This document shows, piece by piece, positions 24,466-35,450 of a stretch of DNA of 64,000 bases. Source of the DNA: Felis catus (lineage: Eukaryota); assembly GCF_018350175.1 (NCBI RefSeq), contig NC_058368.1, forward strand, positions 10,354,001-10,418,000. Reading direction: 5' to 3'. The notes below the pieces were generated by a model that was given only the letters and a program-made list of their open reading frames with translations, was not told the DNA's origin and did not search any database. The position numbers and the translations under genes are program-made. Each line of letters starts with the position of its first letter. The first letter of the stretch is position 1.

Positions 24466-27400
24466 AAGAATGGATCACAGAGGAGATAAAATATACTTAA
24501 ATTGCTTCAAAAAAACTCAAACGCAGACACTTCCCGTTGCTCATGTTGATACAGCTATCAGGAGCAATCCCTAATCTTACTGAAAACTGGAGGATATGTG
24601 ATTCCAGAAAGAAGAACAAAAGCAGATGATCTACTTCTGTTCAGAAGTTTCTAGGAGGTAGCTTTTTTTTTTTTTTTCCTTCAGAGAAGTGTTTGTACCA
24701 CACAGTATCTTCAAAAGAACAGAAAATCCAATGGTAATAGCCTTGGATCGCTGGGCTTGTCTTGGGGGCCTGCTGAGACCGTAACTTTTATTTCCTGGAT
24801 CTTGGTTCAGGGCTGTTGGTTTGTTAAGAATCCTGCGGATAAGCCTCTTGGGCTAAAAGTCTTGTTTGGAAGTCTGGCTTGATAGGTTTCACCTATGACT
24901 TTTGAATAGCTTTGGAAGCAAAGTGAGACCGGCTCCTCTAGGGCTTTGGAGAGGCCCCCTTATTTGTGTTATCAGGGTGTTCCTCTTGAGCACCTGCTGC
25001 AGGGGGAGGTTGTGGCCACTGGATCCACTCTGAACCACGAAGTTTCTTGCTGTGTGTCTCTTCTTCCTGTCTCACACTTCTCCCACACGGAATAAAGATT
25101 CTCTTGCTTCCCTAAAGCTTAAAGCATCAGGTGAAGTGACGTGTTGCTCTCCTGTTACCAGGTGTGCACGGATTCCGGGGACGACTGGCATGACTGGCCA
25201 GGTGGTTACATCATGGGTCTGATTTACAATGACCTTATGTCCTAGAGATCCAGTTTTGGACATTCTAGTCCACTGTCAGACCCTAGGCTTGATTTTAGGT
25301 TTTTGGAAAGAATCCCTAAGGCCACTTCTCTGTGTGCGAAGGAAATGGCTCTCCTGAAGGTGAGAGGGCCCTAGAGCGGAGAGCTGGAATCTGTCCCTTG
25401 GTCTTTGCTGCTATGGGAACTTGCAAGCCATGGGAGAGAGGTAGCAGATGGGGAGACGGCTGGGCACAAAGCCTGGGCCACCCTATGGCCGCTTCACAGC
25501 CCACCAAACTTCTTTAGACCGATCTGCTTTGTGCGTGTTGTGTCTCTCTCTACCTGGGAGGCCTTTCCTCCTTTTCTCAGCCCAGGATCCTAGGTCTCCT
25601 TTAAGACCCTGCACAAGTCACTTTGGCCTTACTGATGGATTCCCATGGCCACCATTTTGTTTTCCCCTCTGTATGTTCCAAAGTGTTTCCATCCATCTGT
25701 ACTGTAGCACTTATCACAGGGCAAAAAAAAATTACTCAGGAACATTTTTATCTCCCTAACTGGACTGTGAGTTTGTGCTCAATGCCATGTTTTATGCTTT
25801 GCATCCAAAGCCTTAGCAATGGACACGTGGGCTAGAAACCATTCACTATCAGTTAAATGAATGGATTCTGGCATCTGGGTCTATAGTTAGTATAAGCTCA
25901 GAAACCATCTGTTTGGAGCTTGCTTATTAGATTATTTGGCTATCTATGGTTTTATGCATAGGTCTTTATATTCTTCTGTGGCATTTAGAAAATTCTTTTA
26001 AAAACTACCAGACTGTTTTAATTATGTTGTAACAGGCCCTCCTCCCCAGAAAGAGGGGACTCCTTGCTTCATTCCCGCACAGGGGAGGGGCATACTTTCA
26101 GGGGTATGGGGATGGCATCTGGAATTAAGATGCGTGACCCCCAGGAAGACAGAGATAAGGCATGCTCTTTTTTCATATCACAATCTTAGAGTTTATGAGA
26201 TTTACGCGTTTGCATGGAGAGTGGTCCCCTTACGGTTGGTGTTTCAAATAGCAGAAGAGGCACTGAGGCAAGGGGTGCCTAACCACGTATCTGTTAGTGT
26301 CCTCATGAGCACATTTTGTTTCAGTTAACTTTCAACTTGTTTTTGGGAGAGGGAACTCCCAGGAAGTCCATTTATCATATGACCAGAGTAAGTGAAAGGT
26401 AATCCTTTTTAAAATGTGAGTTATGGAGCTTTGTAACGTGCCATTTATCTATGTCTACTGTGGAACGGAAGAACGCTGGGGCAGATTTGTTACTTAAACA
26501 GAGTGTGCTCCCTGTTGTCTTTGGGGCTCCATTTCCCACACCTTGTTCCCGCACACAAAATACTCTCACGTGGTGCATTTTGACGAGAACGTTGATTGAG
26601 CACTTAAGAGTTGCCTGTTACGAAACGTGGAGTAGGTATTTGAACACATACCTGGTAAGTAAGCTGCTTAATTATTAGGCTTCTGTTCTTTTTAAACACA
26701 TCTTGTTTTGATACTCAAAATCAAATACATGTGGCAGGATGTTTTCTCGGAAGAACGCTGAACAGCTTTGGACGCTGGAAACCTTCTAGAACTTTTAACC
26801 AGGCAGGCAGGCAGGCAGGTTTTAGAAGATAAAAGGGATTGAGGCAGTCAACCATGAATTTGAAAAGGAGCTTCACTAAAAAAAAAAAAAAAAAAAAAAA
26901 ATGAAAGGAAGGATTATTTCATGTCCCTTTTTGTAAAAATAGTTATTGACATGTAGCCACAAACCCTGGCTGAATAAGATCGCGCCATTTGCATTCACGC
27001 AAAATGGACGACACACAAGGTATTCAGTTTCCAGTTTCAAGAAGTCCGTACGAACCAGAGAGAAAACCCACAGTCTCTAGACGTCCTTGTTAAAGCACTG
27101 GCAGCAGGTGTTGCACGTTGGGCAAACAACAATATTATCCTAACGCATTCAAGGCTAAGCCCCTGGATGGTCTCCACTTTTATAAGGCTCAACACAACAA
27201 GCATTTATCCAGCACCTGCTTCGCTATCATCCTAACACCTTACTTGTATTCCCACCACCTGGCACCGGTCTAACGTTTAGCGAGTGGGCGAACGTGGCCC
27301 GTCCGTGTGGAAGGTGCCGGTGTGCTTAGCACCGTTGCAAGCAGAGTAGGCATTCAAAAAATACGATGAGGTATGAATGAAAACACCCACACAGGCTTCA

Positions 27401-28149
27401 GGAGGTCATGGTCTAATCTCAGGTGGGTGATGGGCACTTGGTCCTGTATGCTTTCTAGGAGAGAGAAAGGAGTCAAGGCTTGGGGGAGGCACAAAGCAGT
27501 GAAGAACCATTAGAGGGGATTCAGAGTTCTCGGTTATTGCTTTCCTCCTCTGCCCACCACACAGCACAAGGGGGCCAGACCTGGCCAGGGCTTCCACGTC
27601 TCCTGGCTGGGAGTCCCATGGGGACAAGAGGGTCTCTCCACATGAGGCTTACACGCATCACTCCACTTCTCTGTATATCAATTTTTATCATACGTTTTGA
27701 AAAAAAACTACACCCTCCCTCTTCCATTACGGTGAACCGCTTAAAATTACATTTACACGAAATTACATTTACACAAACTTCTGTTGAAAGCCAAATTCCA
27801 GGCCTAAGCTCTTGGCCAAAGCCCATTAAAGGGGGATATTAAGTAAATTAGTTGAGCTGATTAAAAACACCTTCATCAAAGTAAAACACTGGTGCCAACA
27901 ATATTAAGAGTTGAATTATTGATTTTTTTTTTTAATGGCCGATGGTACGTTAGCAGGGAGGAAAAAGTCCTTCTCCTTTCCTTCCTATCCCCCCCCCCCC
28001 CACTTCTCCCGTCCCCCACTTTGGGAGCGAGAAGGGTAACTACTGACCTACTCCTGGAGATCCCGGAAAGGGAGGTGACGGAGAAGTGGGGGGGGGGGCA
28101 GGAAGGCAGAAGATGGGGTCCAGGTAAGGGAGAAGAGGGAGAAAAGGAG

Positions 28150-29300
28150 TGGAGACTAACGGCCGGAGGGAGCAGAGGCTAGGGTCGCTGCGGAGGTGCA
28201 GCCACCTCTACCCGCACCGCGTCGCGGGACCCCGGGCACAGCCGCGGGCCAGGCAGGCGCTGGAACGGGCACGGGGACGCTCCCCAAGCCGGCCGCCAGA
28301 GGGCGCGACGGGAGCCGGCGCGGCGGAGCCCGAGGAGGGAGGAGGGGAGCCGGCGGAGAAGGGTCAGCCGCGGCGGCAGGGGCGGCAGCGGTAGCGGCGC
28401 AGCTCCGCTCCCCGCGCGTCTCCCGTCCCCGCGCTCCAGCAGGGCGCACGGTCCCCGCCGCCGGGATGCTGCCGCCCGCCGGCCGCGGCCGCCGCCGCCT
28501 CGCACTCCCGGCGCTGCTCTCGCTCCTCACCTGCTCCCTGGGTAAGTAGCGGGCGGCCCGGGCGCGCACGGGAGAGGCGTGGGCTTCCCGGGCGCAGCCG
28601 CCCGCGCCCCGCGTCCGCGCGCGGGAGGAGGCGGCGGGCGGCCCAGCCCTGCCCCGCGGGCGCCCGCGTCCCGCCGTCCCGTCCCCGCCGCGCCGGCGGC
28701 AGCGCCCCCTCGCGGCGTCCGGGTGGGGGGGGGGACCCGGCTCTCTGGGACCCCGGGGCGCGCCGCGCCCGGCCCCTTTCGGCTCGCTGGGTCCCGCCGC
28801 CGCCCCGGCCCCGCTCGCGTCTGCCCGCCTCCTTCCGCCGGGAGCTGGCGGCCGGCCGAGCCGGGAGGGCGAGGCGCTCACCCCCACAGGAAGCGCTGAG
28901 TAAATGTGCAACTGCGAGAAACTTTGAGAGGAGGGAAGCGGCGGCCGCGGTCCCGCCCCCCTGCCTTCCGCCCGCGTTCCGCCGGCCCCGCGCGCCCCGC
29001 TCGCCCCGCGCGGGCGCCGCCGGCTGGAGGCGAGCGGGTGGCCCGGCGTCCGGGCCGCTCGCTCGTCGCGCACCCCGGCGCCCCGCGGGCGGGGGCGAGG
29101 GACGGTGTCCCCACCACGTCCGCGGGGTCTTCCGGCCGTGCCCTGGTCTCCCGGGCTGAGACGCCAACTTGGCACCAGCCCCTTCTACGGAGTCCTGGGC
29201 CAGCAAGGGAGGATCGGGGTGCCCGGCTGGGCCCTCAGTGTGTGCGGTCGTGGCGTGGGGGAGGCGGTGGGGACGCTCCCCAATCTTGGGTCGCTATGGG
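28150..29300. promoter_or_regulatory. CpG island / B3GLCT promoter and first exon region
   Basis: Very high GC and dense CpG against a CpG-poor background; GC-box-like motifs (e.g. cccgcccc near 28952); contains the ATG exon. Confidence 0.9.
28466..28541 (+). CDS. B3GLCT: B3GLCT coding exon 1 (signal peptide, MLPPAGRGRRRLALPALLSLLTCSL + 1 nt)
   Basis: ATG at 28466 in gccgggATGc context inside the CpG island; hydrophobic LALPALLSLLTCSL resembles the recalled human N-terminus (..[11 protein letters not shown]); donor G|GTAAGT at 28541/28542; 76 nt, phase 1, joins in frame to the next exon. Confidence 0.93.
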
Positions 29301-31019
29301 GGAAAATCAGAGAACACTTCTGGAGACCATGCTTGTCGGGTCTGCTGCTGCCGTTTATGCCCCTTCCCTTTTTTCCTCCCGTTCTCCTCGCAAGGGTATT
29401 TTCTCCACCGTATCGTAAAAGGATGGGGCAGAAGTTAAAAAAAAAAAAAAATCACCGTAATGGACGTGTATGATGAGACTTGTTCAAGGTTGAAAGCTTG
29501 GGGGAAGAATTGCTCCCTTTTCAGTGTTCTCAGGGTTATTTGTCCTCTAACCCGGACTTTTGGGTTTCCAGTCGGTTAAAAGGCAGTAATGTCAGATTTT
29601 TAGAAATGGCAGAATGGTGCAACTTAGGAAAAGACGTAGCGTTATTGCACATTGCTTTTCGGTAGCCCACCGGAACCTTTACAGCACGTTTTTTTAATTT
29701 GGATTTAAACTCTTCGAATGGGGGCCTTATTTGCGTCCCCGCCCCGGCATTTCTATAGGCGCTCACTACGTGTGGGAAAATCTAGTGAGATTAATTGTTA
29801 ATTAATTGTTCACATGCATGATTAAGTAAGCAACAATGCAATTAAAAGCATTCGGGCACCTTGGGCAGAGAAAGCTGTAATTGACGGTGGTGAGCAACTA
29901 AACTTGGAGATCTGCTTCAGTGGAAGAATGCATCGCTGGCCGGGGCAGCTCTGGGGGAAGGGGAGGTTGGAGGGGTGGGAGGTTGACTGGGTGACTCTTG
30001 GCTGCATCACTTGGCTTGCTGCCTGGGAGTTTTGCACCTAAGCAAATGGGGTGGGTGGTAGCCGAAATTGGCATTCTATTTATAGCACTGCACTTTATAA
30101 TGCTGTACTGGGGATATAATATTTGTATATAATATATTCAATATATGGGCTGAAACACATTTAAATGTATTGCTACGCGTATCTATTTTGCACTGCACTT
30201 AAGGGAATAGCTGCACTGCCCAAACTTGATAGTACGTTAAAGGACAGTCAGAATGAACCAGAATGTCAACACATTTTTAGAGATGTCTATTAACATTGTG
30301 AAGTTGTCAGATAAGCACAATAAATAAGACGTAAAACCTATTAAAAGGTCCCTGGGAGACATTTGGCTCTGTGAACTGGCTTTCATGGATTTCAAGAATA
30401 CAGGAAGCTGTGTTCTTCGAGGTCTGAAGTAAATCACGGGTTCAGTTTATTGAGCTCTGCTTTGGTGGCGTTGGGGGAGCACCAAGACGTAAAAAGATGC
30501 GGTGCCCGCTCTGTAAATCTCGGAATCCGGAATCTTGGAATCTTGCTAAAACGAGAGATTATGACAGGAGTTCTGACGCATGTGAACAATCCTGATGGGT
30601 GAAAAATACTCTAAATATCCCCTTAGAAGTTTGGCCTGGGTATATATAGTTTAGTTTTCCCACAAACTGTAGCATATTCATTTGAGTTTTCAGAGAAGAG
30701 TCAATATAGAAAATTTATTTTAAATCCATATGATTATACAGATCAAATTCACTGTAACTTCAATTCTAAAGTCCAGTGCCAGTTCTAGAATCAGATTTAT
30801 TCACACCTCTGCGCCAGCCGCTGTGTGGCTTCTAGTGAGTTTGAGCTCCGTTTTCTCCTAGAAAACAGGAGGCATAGACTAGATAAAATACCAGAACTTT
30901 GCCATTTCTTACAGTTTTAACAGACTGATCTATTGTGGCAGAGGCTGCTCTCTGCTTACCCAGTAATCCCTAGTTCCTTCTTTTCCAGACTAAGAAAGCC
31001 TATTAGATAATCAGGAGTG

Positions 31020-31362
31020 TCACCTGACTGCATTTGGAGATAGGATCTTCAAGGAGTATAATTAAGGTTAAATGATGTCATAAGGGTGGGGCCCAAATCC
31101 GACAGGGCCTGTGTCCTTATCGTCCTTATCCTTCTTGGAAGAGGAAGGGACACCAGGGATGCATACAGAGGAAAGGCCATGTGAGGACACCGTAAGAAGA
31201 CTGCTACCTACAAGCCAGGGAAAGGGGTCTCCGCAGAAACCAACCCCGTTGGCACCTTGATTTGGGACTTCTAGCTTCCAGAACTGTGAGGAGTAAATTT
31301 CTGCCGTTCGAACCACCCAGTCTGTGGTTTCTGTGATGGCAGCTCTAGCTGACTAATAATAC
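31020..31362 (+). mobile_element. MLT1A/B-like MaLR LTR
   Basis: tttggagataggatcttcaaggagtataattaaggttaaatgatgtcataagggtggggccc, ggccatgtgaggacac and ggacttctagcttccagaactgtgag. Confidence 0.8.
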
Positions 31363-31419
31363 AGGGAGTGAGGGAAAGGGTGGAGGAATGTGGTGTCGGG
31401 GGCGGCAGTGGCAGTGTGG

Positions 31420-31851
31420 CAAAAACACATTTCTCAGTGGCCCTTGCAAAGCAGGGTTAGCCACTGAGTTATCTACTGAGATTTTTGGGTGGGTCTCTTG
31501 GTAATGGCGGCTGACCCAGCTCGGATGCTGGCTTTTTTTAAATTGCATTTTTTTTTTTTTTTGCCTTTGTTTCATCTTCCTTCCCATTGTCTGTAAATCT
31601 GATGGCTGGAGCCGTGGTGGCCATCTTGTGACCATGAGGTGACCTTGAAGACAGAAGCGAGTAGTAAGGACAGTATAGCAGAAAGGATAACACCACCTGG
31701 GTGCTAGATGGATGTGGGACACCATGCCAGTCCTGAGTCACTTATTTCCGGACTTGTTGGGCATGATATTAAAAATAAACCCCTGTCTTCTTTAACCCTC
31801 AGTTGTTTGGGTTTTCGATTACACGCAGCCAGCCTAATCCTAATTGATAAC
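31420..31851 (+). mobile_element. Older MLT1 LTR (MLT1H/J-like); its 5' part is probably at ~30930-31020
   Basis: tgatggctggagccgtggtggccatcttgtgaccatgagg and aaataaacccctgtcttc..acacgcagcc..cctaattgataca. Confidence 0.7.
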
Positions 31852-31899
31852 ATCTGTGAAGAAGCTCATTTGAACCAAAGGTAAAATAAGATACTTTTT

Positions 31900-32121
31900 C
31901 TTTTTTTTAAATGTTTATTTATTTTTGAGAGAGAGATAGAGACAGACAGACAGACAGAGACCGAGCATGAGCAGGGGAGGGGCAGAGAGGGAGACACAGA
32001 ACAGGCTCCAGGCTCTGAGCTGTCAGCACAGAGCCCGACACGGGGCTCGAATTCACAGACCGCGAGATCATGACCTGAGCCGAAGTTGGACACTCAACCG
32101 ACTGAGCCACCCAGGCGCCCC
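31900..32121 (-). mobile_element. Can-SINE
   Basis: tttttaaatgtttatttatttttgagagag tail; ends gagccacccaggcgcccc. Confidence 0.93.
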
Positions 32122-33049
32122 TAACTTTTATCTTTCTTATCCCTGTTTCTCCTCTTTATGATTCAGGATTGTGTTTCTTAGCATCTGCCAAAGTTAGGGA
32201 TGATTTTTCATTCTGGTCCAGTTCTTGGTCAGATTCTTTTCACTGCAGTGAATTAGACGTTTTGGGACACCAAGAATCAGACCTGATCCCAGGTGTTTTT
32301 ATTGTTATTTTTATTTTTATATATTTTTAAACCCTCTTATTTCTTATAACAGATATGACCGATACAGGTTTTACCCATCTGGATGGGTAGTCTGGGCCTC
32401 AAGTTGGTGCAGCCCCCTTGGTCACAGACTTGACCCAAGGGCATTTGCCTAGAGCCAGTAGTCAAGCTCTTTAACTGGGGGCATATAAGGAGTGGGGGGC
32501 GGGGGGAGGGGGGGGGGAAGAGCAACTGTTTCAGGTGGGATGGCCAGGGTGGGGAAGAGCTGTCCTGACCCTTCTGTCAACTTTTGTTAACTTGCTCTGA
32601 GGCAAGCATCGTAGGCCCAGTACTTGAGCAAGTCCTGGTAATTGACCTCATTTGGACGACGAAGGGCCAGGTGGTTTGTTTTTCTTTTCATTAGAAACAT
32701 TATAAATCAGGCATAATTTCTAGGCACAAAGGGATTATTTATGGGGAATTTGCAAATGTTCTAGATTTTGCCCCTTTGTAACATATGGGTGATTCATCTT
32801 TGGTGTTGCCGGATTCTTGCTTAAGAACAGTGTACAGGAGCATTAATTCCATCTTTCCCAACACAAAGGAAAAATTCTAGGGAGTGTCAGGTTCATCAGA
32901 TCTATTACTGATTGAGAGTCGCCCTTGATTCCGTATTTCAAAGCTCTCTTCACAAGGCCACTCCCAGAGAAACCGGATTCGGTGTAGACGCTGATTTGCA
33001 CTACCAGAAAATGTCAACAGTAGTATTGAAAGAAAGACCTGTCCTCGAA

Positions 33050-34321
33050 ATTTTTGTCCGTTTATTCAAAAACTGTCAAGTATCTCCATATGTCAGGCAC
33101 TGAGGATATCGCAGGAAGGAGACAGATCTGGTCTGGCTTTCCCCCTGTGGAACTTGCAGTCTCGAGGGGAAGGAACATTATGCGGAGACAAATTGCACTG
33201 TGCTCAGTGTGGCAGAGGAGTTCGGGGTGCTGTGGGAACGCGTGTCTCAGGAGGGTCTTTAGCCTGGAGTTTGGAGTCCTGTTTCTCAACAGAGGGCGAT
33301 CTTGCCCCTGGGAGAACACTTGTCAGGGGCTAGAGACTTCTGGGTGGTCACAGGGATGATTTGGCAGGAAGGGTTAGGGTCACTGGCCTCTGAGCTTGCG
33401 GTGCGGCTGAGCAATCCTAGTGCCCGGGACCACCTCCCCCTGCCCAGAATCAGCGATCGGTCTAGTGTCAACGGTGCCAGGTGCCAGGTTGGGGAACCTG
33501 GGAGTTGGGGCTCAAGAAGAGCTTCCTGGAGGAGGGGACATCAGAGCTCAGACTGGAAGGGGAAGCAGAAATCTGTTAAATGAAGGATGGGGGTACGCAT
33601 GGCAGGGGAAAGAGCTTGGTGCCCAGAGAAACACAGTGCAGAAAGGACTGGGGCTGGAGAGATCGGGAGAGGGGCTGGGAAGATCAGTAGGGGGTCCCAC
33701 AATGCAGGCTCTTGAGGGTAAGGACTTGGGACTTTGTCCTTAGAGCAGTGGGAGGTGGCTGAAGGGCTGTCCTAGGAGAGTGACATGATTTCACTTCGCA
33801 GTTTGAGAAACTCACTCTGGTTTTCCTATGGAACAGGAATTAAGAGGCGGCCAGTGGGGACGTGTGGGACCAGTGAGGAGGCTGTTGGAATCGACCACGG
33901 GAGGGATGATTAACACTCTCTAAGACACGGCGATTGATGGGTACAGTGGGCTGAGAGGAAGGCGGGGGTCACGCATGAATCAGGTTTCTGTCATGAGCTG
34001 TGGGCGGCTCCTGGTGCTGTTTACTGATACAGGCGCTAATGGAGAAGGACCAGATTTAAACAGGTTTTTTTCTTTTTATTGTAGCTAAATAACATGAAAT
34101 TTCTCTTAACCATTTGTAAGTGTACAGTTCTGTGGCATTAAGTACCCAGACGTTTTTCTAAAATTTAATGTTAGAGGGAGGTGAGGATGACGAGTTTAGT
34201 TTGGACAAGTTGAGTTTGGGGTGCGTGTGAGATAGTCAGGTTCCATGTCAGGTGGGCAGTTAGATTTGTGGGTCTGGAGCTCATAGGAGAGCTTGGCTGT
34301 GGAGAGACATGGCAGCAGTTG

Positions 34322-34325
<4 letters not shown>
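33050..34325 (-). mobile_element. Degraded L2 element (with a short L1 3' fragment at ~34070-34150)
   Basis: L2-like blocks tatgtcaggcactgagga, gtaaggacttgggactttgtccttagagcagtgggag and gagtttagtttggacaagttgagtttg..gtgggcagttagat; boundaries approximate. Confidence 0.6.
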
Positions 34326-34375
<50 letters not shown>

Positions 34376-34532
34376 TGATACATATGATATATATGATATA
34401 ATATACATATACTGTATATAATATGTACATATGTATATGTATATATACATATAACGTATATAATATGTACATATAATACATATAATATGTACATATATAT
34501 GTAATATATACATATATAATATACATACACAT
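34325..34532. repeat. (TA)n microsatellite followed by degenerate AT low-complexity tract
   Basis: About 21 TA units, then ~165 bp of TATA/TACA/TATG mixture. Confidence 0.95.
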
Positions 34533-34539
34533 ATTTTTT

Positions 34540-34779
34540 ATTTATTTATTTATTAAAAAAAATTTTTTTTTCAACGTTTATTTATTTATTTTTTGGGACA
34601 GAGAGAGACAGAGCATGAACGGGGGAGGGGCAGAGAGAGAGGGAGACACAGAATCGGAAACAGGCTCCAGGCTCTGAGCCATCAGCCCGGAGCCCGACGC
34701 TGGGCTCGAACTCATGGACCGCGAGATCGTGACCTGGCTGAAGTCGGACGCTTAACCGACTGCGCCACCCAGGCGCCCC
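34540..34779 (-). mobile_element. Young felid Can-SINE
   Basis: Full SINEC_Fc-like copy; TSD acacatattttt on both sides. Confidence 0.95.
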
Positions 34780-35269
34780 AACACATATTTTTTTTTTTAA
34801 AGAGGGGAGTCTTAATTGGTAAAATAAATCCATGTAAGCTTTTACTCAAAATGTGTGGATATCCAAGATTTGGTAGAAGCTGGGGAAGAAAATAGTCTTT
34901 ATCTGTGTGATGTAAAGCTGCAGGCTTATCCAAAGAAAGAAAAAGAAAATGGGTGAAAGCATCATCAAATGAGATTTGAATGTATCTCAATTACAGCGGT
35001 GCCTTTTTCTCCTAGGGATAGGACTTCTTTTCACTCCTAAAAGAATATTTTATGATCTGAAAAGGTGATATGTTTTAGTTTACATCACTGCTTGCCGTCA
35101 GAAGCCCAAGGCTCTTTACATGTCATGCTGAATTTATCTTCTCCAAATCCTTGAGGGCGGATATGCTGGAGCTTGTGCTTCGTTGATGAGGTGAAGGAAG
35201 GTATGTGGCCAAGGCCTGTTGGAAAAATTGCCCCTTTCCATTCCTTGGTGTCTGTCCACCTGTGCACCC

Positions 35270-35450
35270 CAGTGTGTCAGACTTCACACAGGAGAATCAC
35301 CTCAGGGCCTTGAAGAGTTCCCTTTGTGAAGGGCTTTTCTGTTAAAATGCAGCTTATGGGGTCCTGGCTCCAGATTTTTCTGATATCAGAAGATCTGAGG
35401 TGAGGCCTCTGGATTTGCAGTTGTATCCAGGCCCCAGATAAGTTGTATGT
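35270..35450. mobile_element. MER5-like hAT MITE, degraded
   Basis: agaatcacct..gttaaaatgcag..ttctgatatcagaagatctgaggtgaggcct..tttgca motif. Confidence 0.5.

Noticed and set aside
1..28000. Exons of the neighbouring gene (HSPH1 lies upstream of B3GLCT in human, from memory)
   Set aside because: No second CpG island or Hsp70/Hsp110-like peptide is visible; it presumably lies beyond the left edge.
28113..28129. Upstream ATG GGG TCC AG|GTAAGG as an alternative first coding exon
   Set aside because: An 11-nt phase-2 exon would be out of frame with exon 2 (phase 1) and carries no signal peptide; no other support.
28156..29206. Long antisense ORFs (339 aa, 280 aa) and other overlapping ORFs across the CpG island
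   Set aside because: Low-complexity Arg/Gly/Ala/Pro translations open in several frames at once, as expected from stop-codon scarcity in very GC-rich DNA; no recognisable domain.
30521..30546. Short tandem ggaatc(c/tt) x3, and tcttaataaaag x2 at ~23161-23184
   Set aside because: Small local slippage duplications with no further structure.
34171..34532. Tyr/Ile-rich ORFs
   Set aside because: Translations of the (TA)n low-complexity tract.
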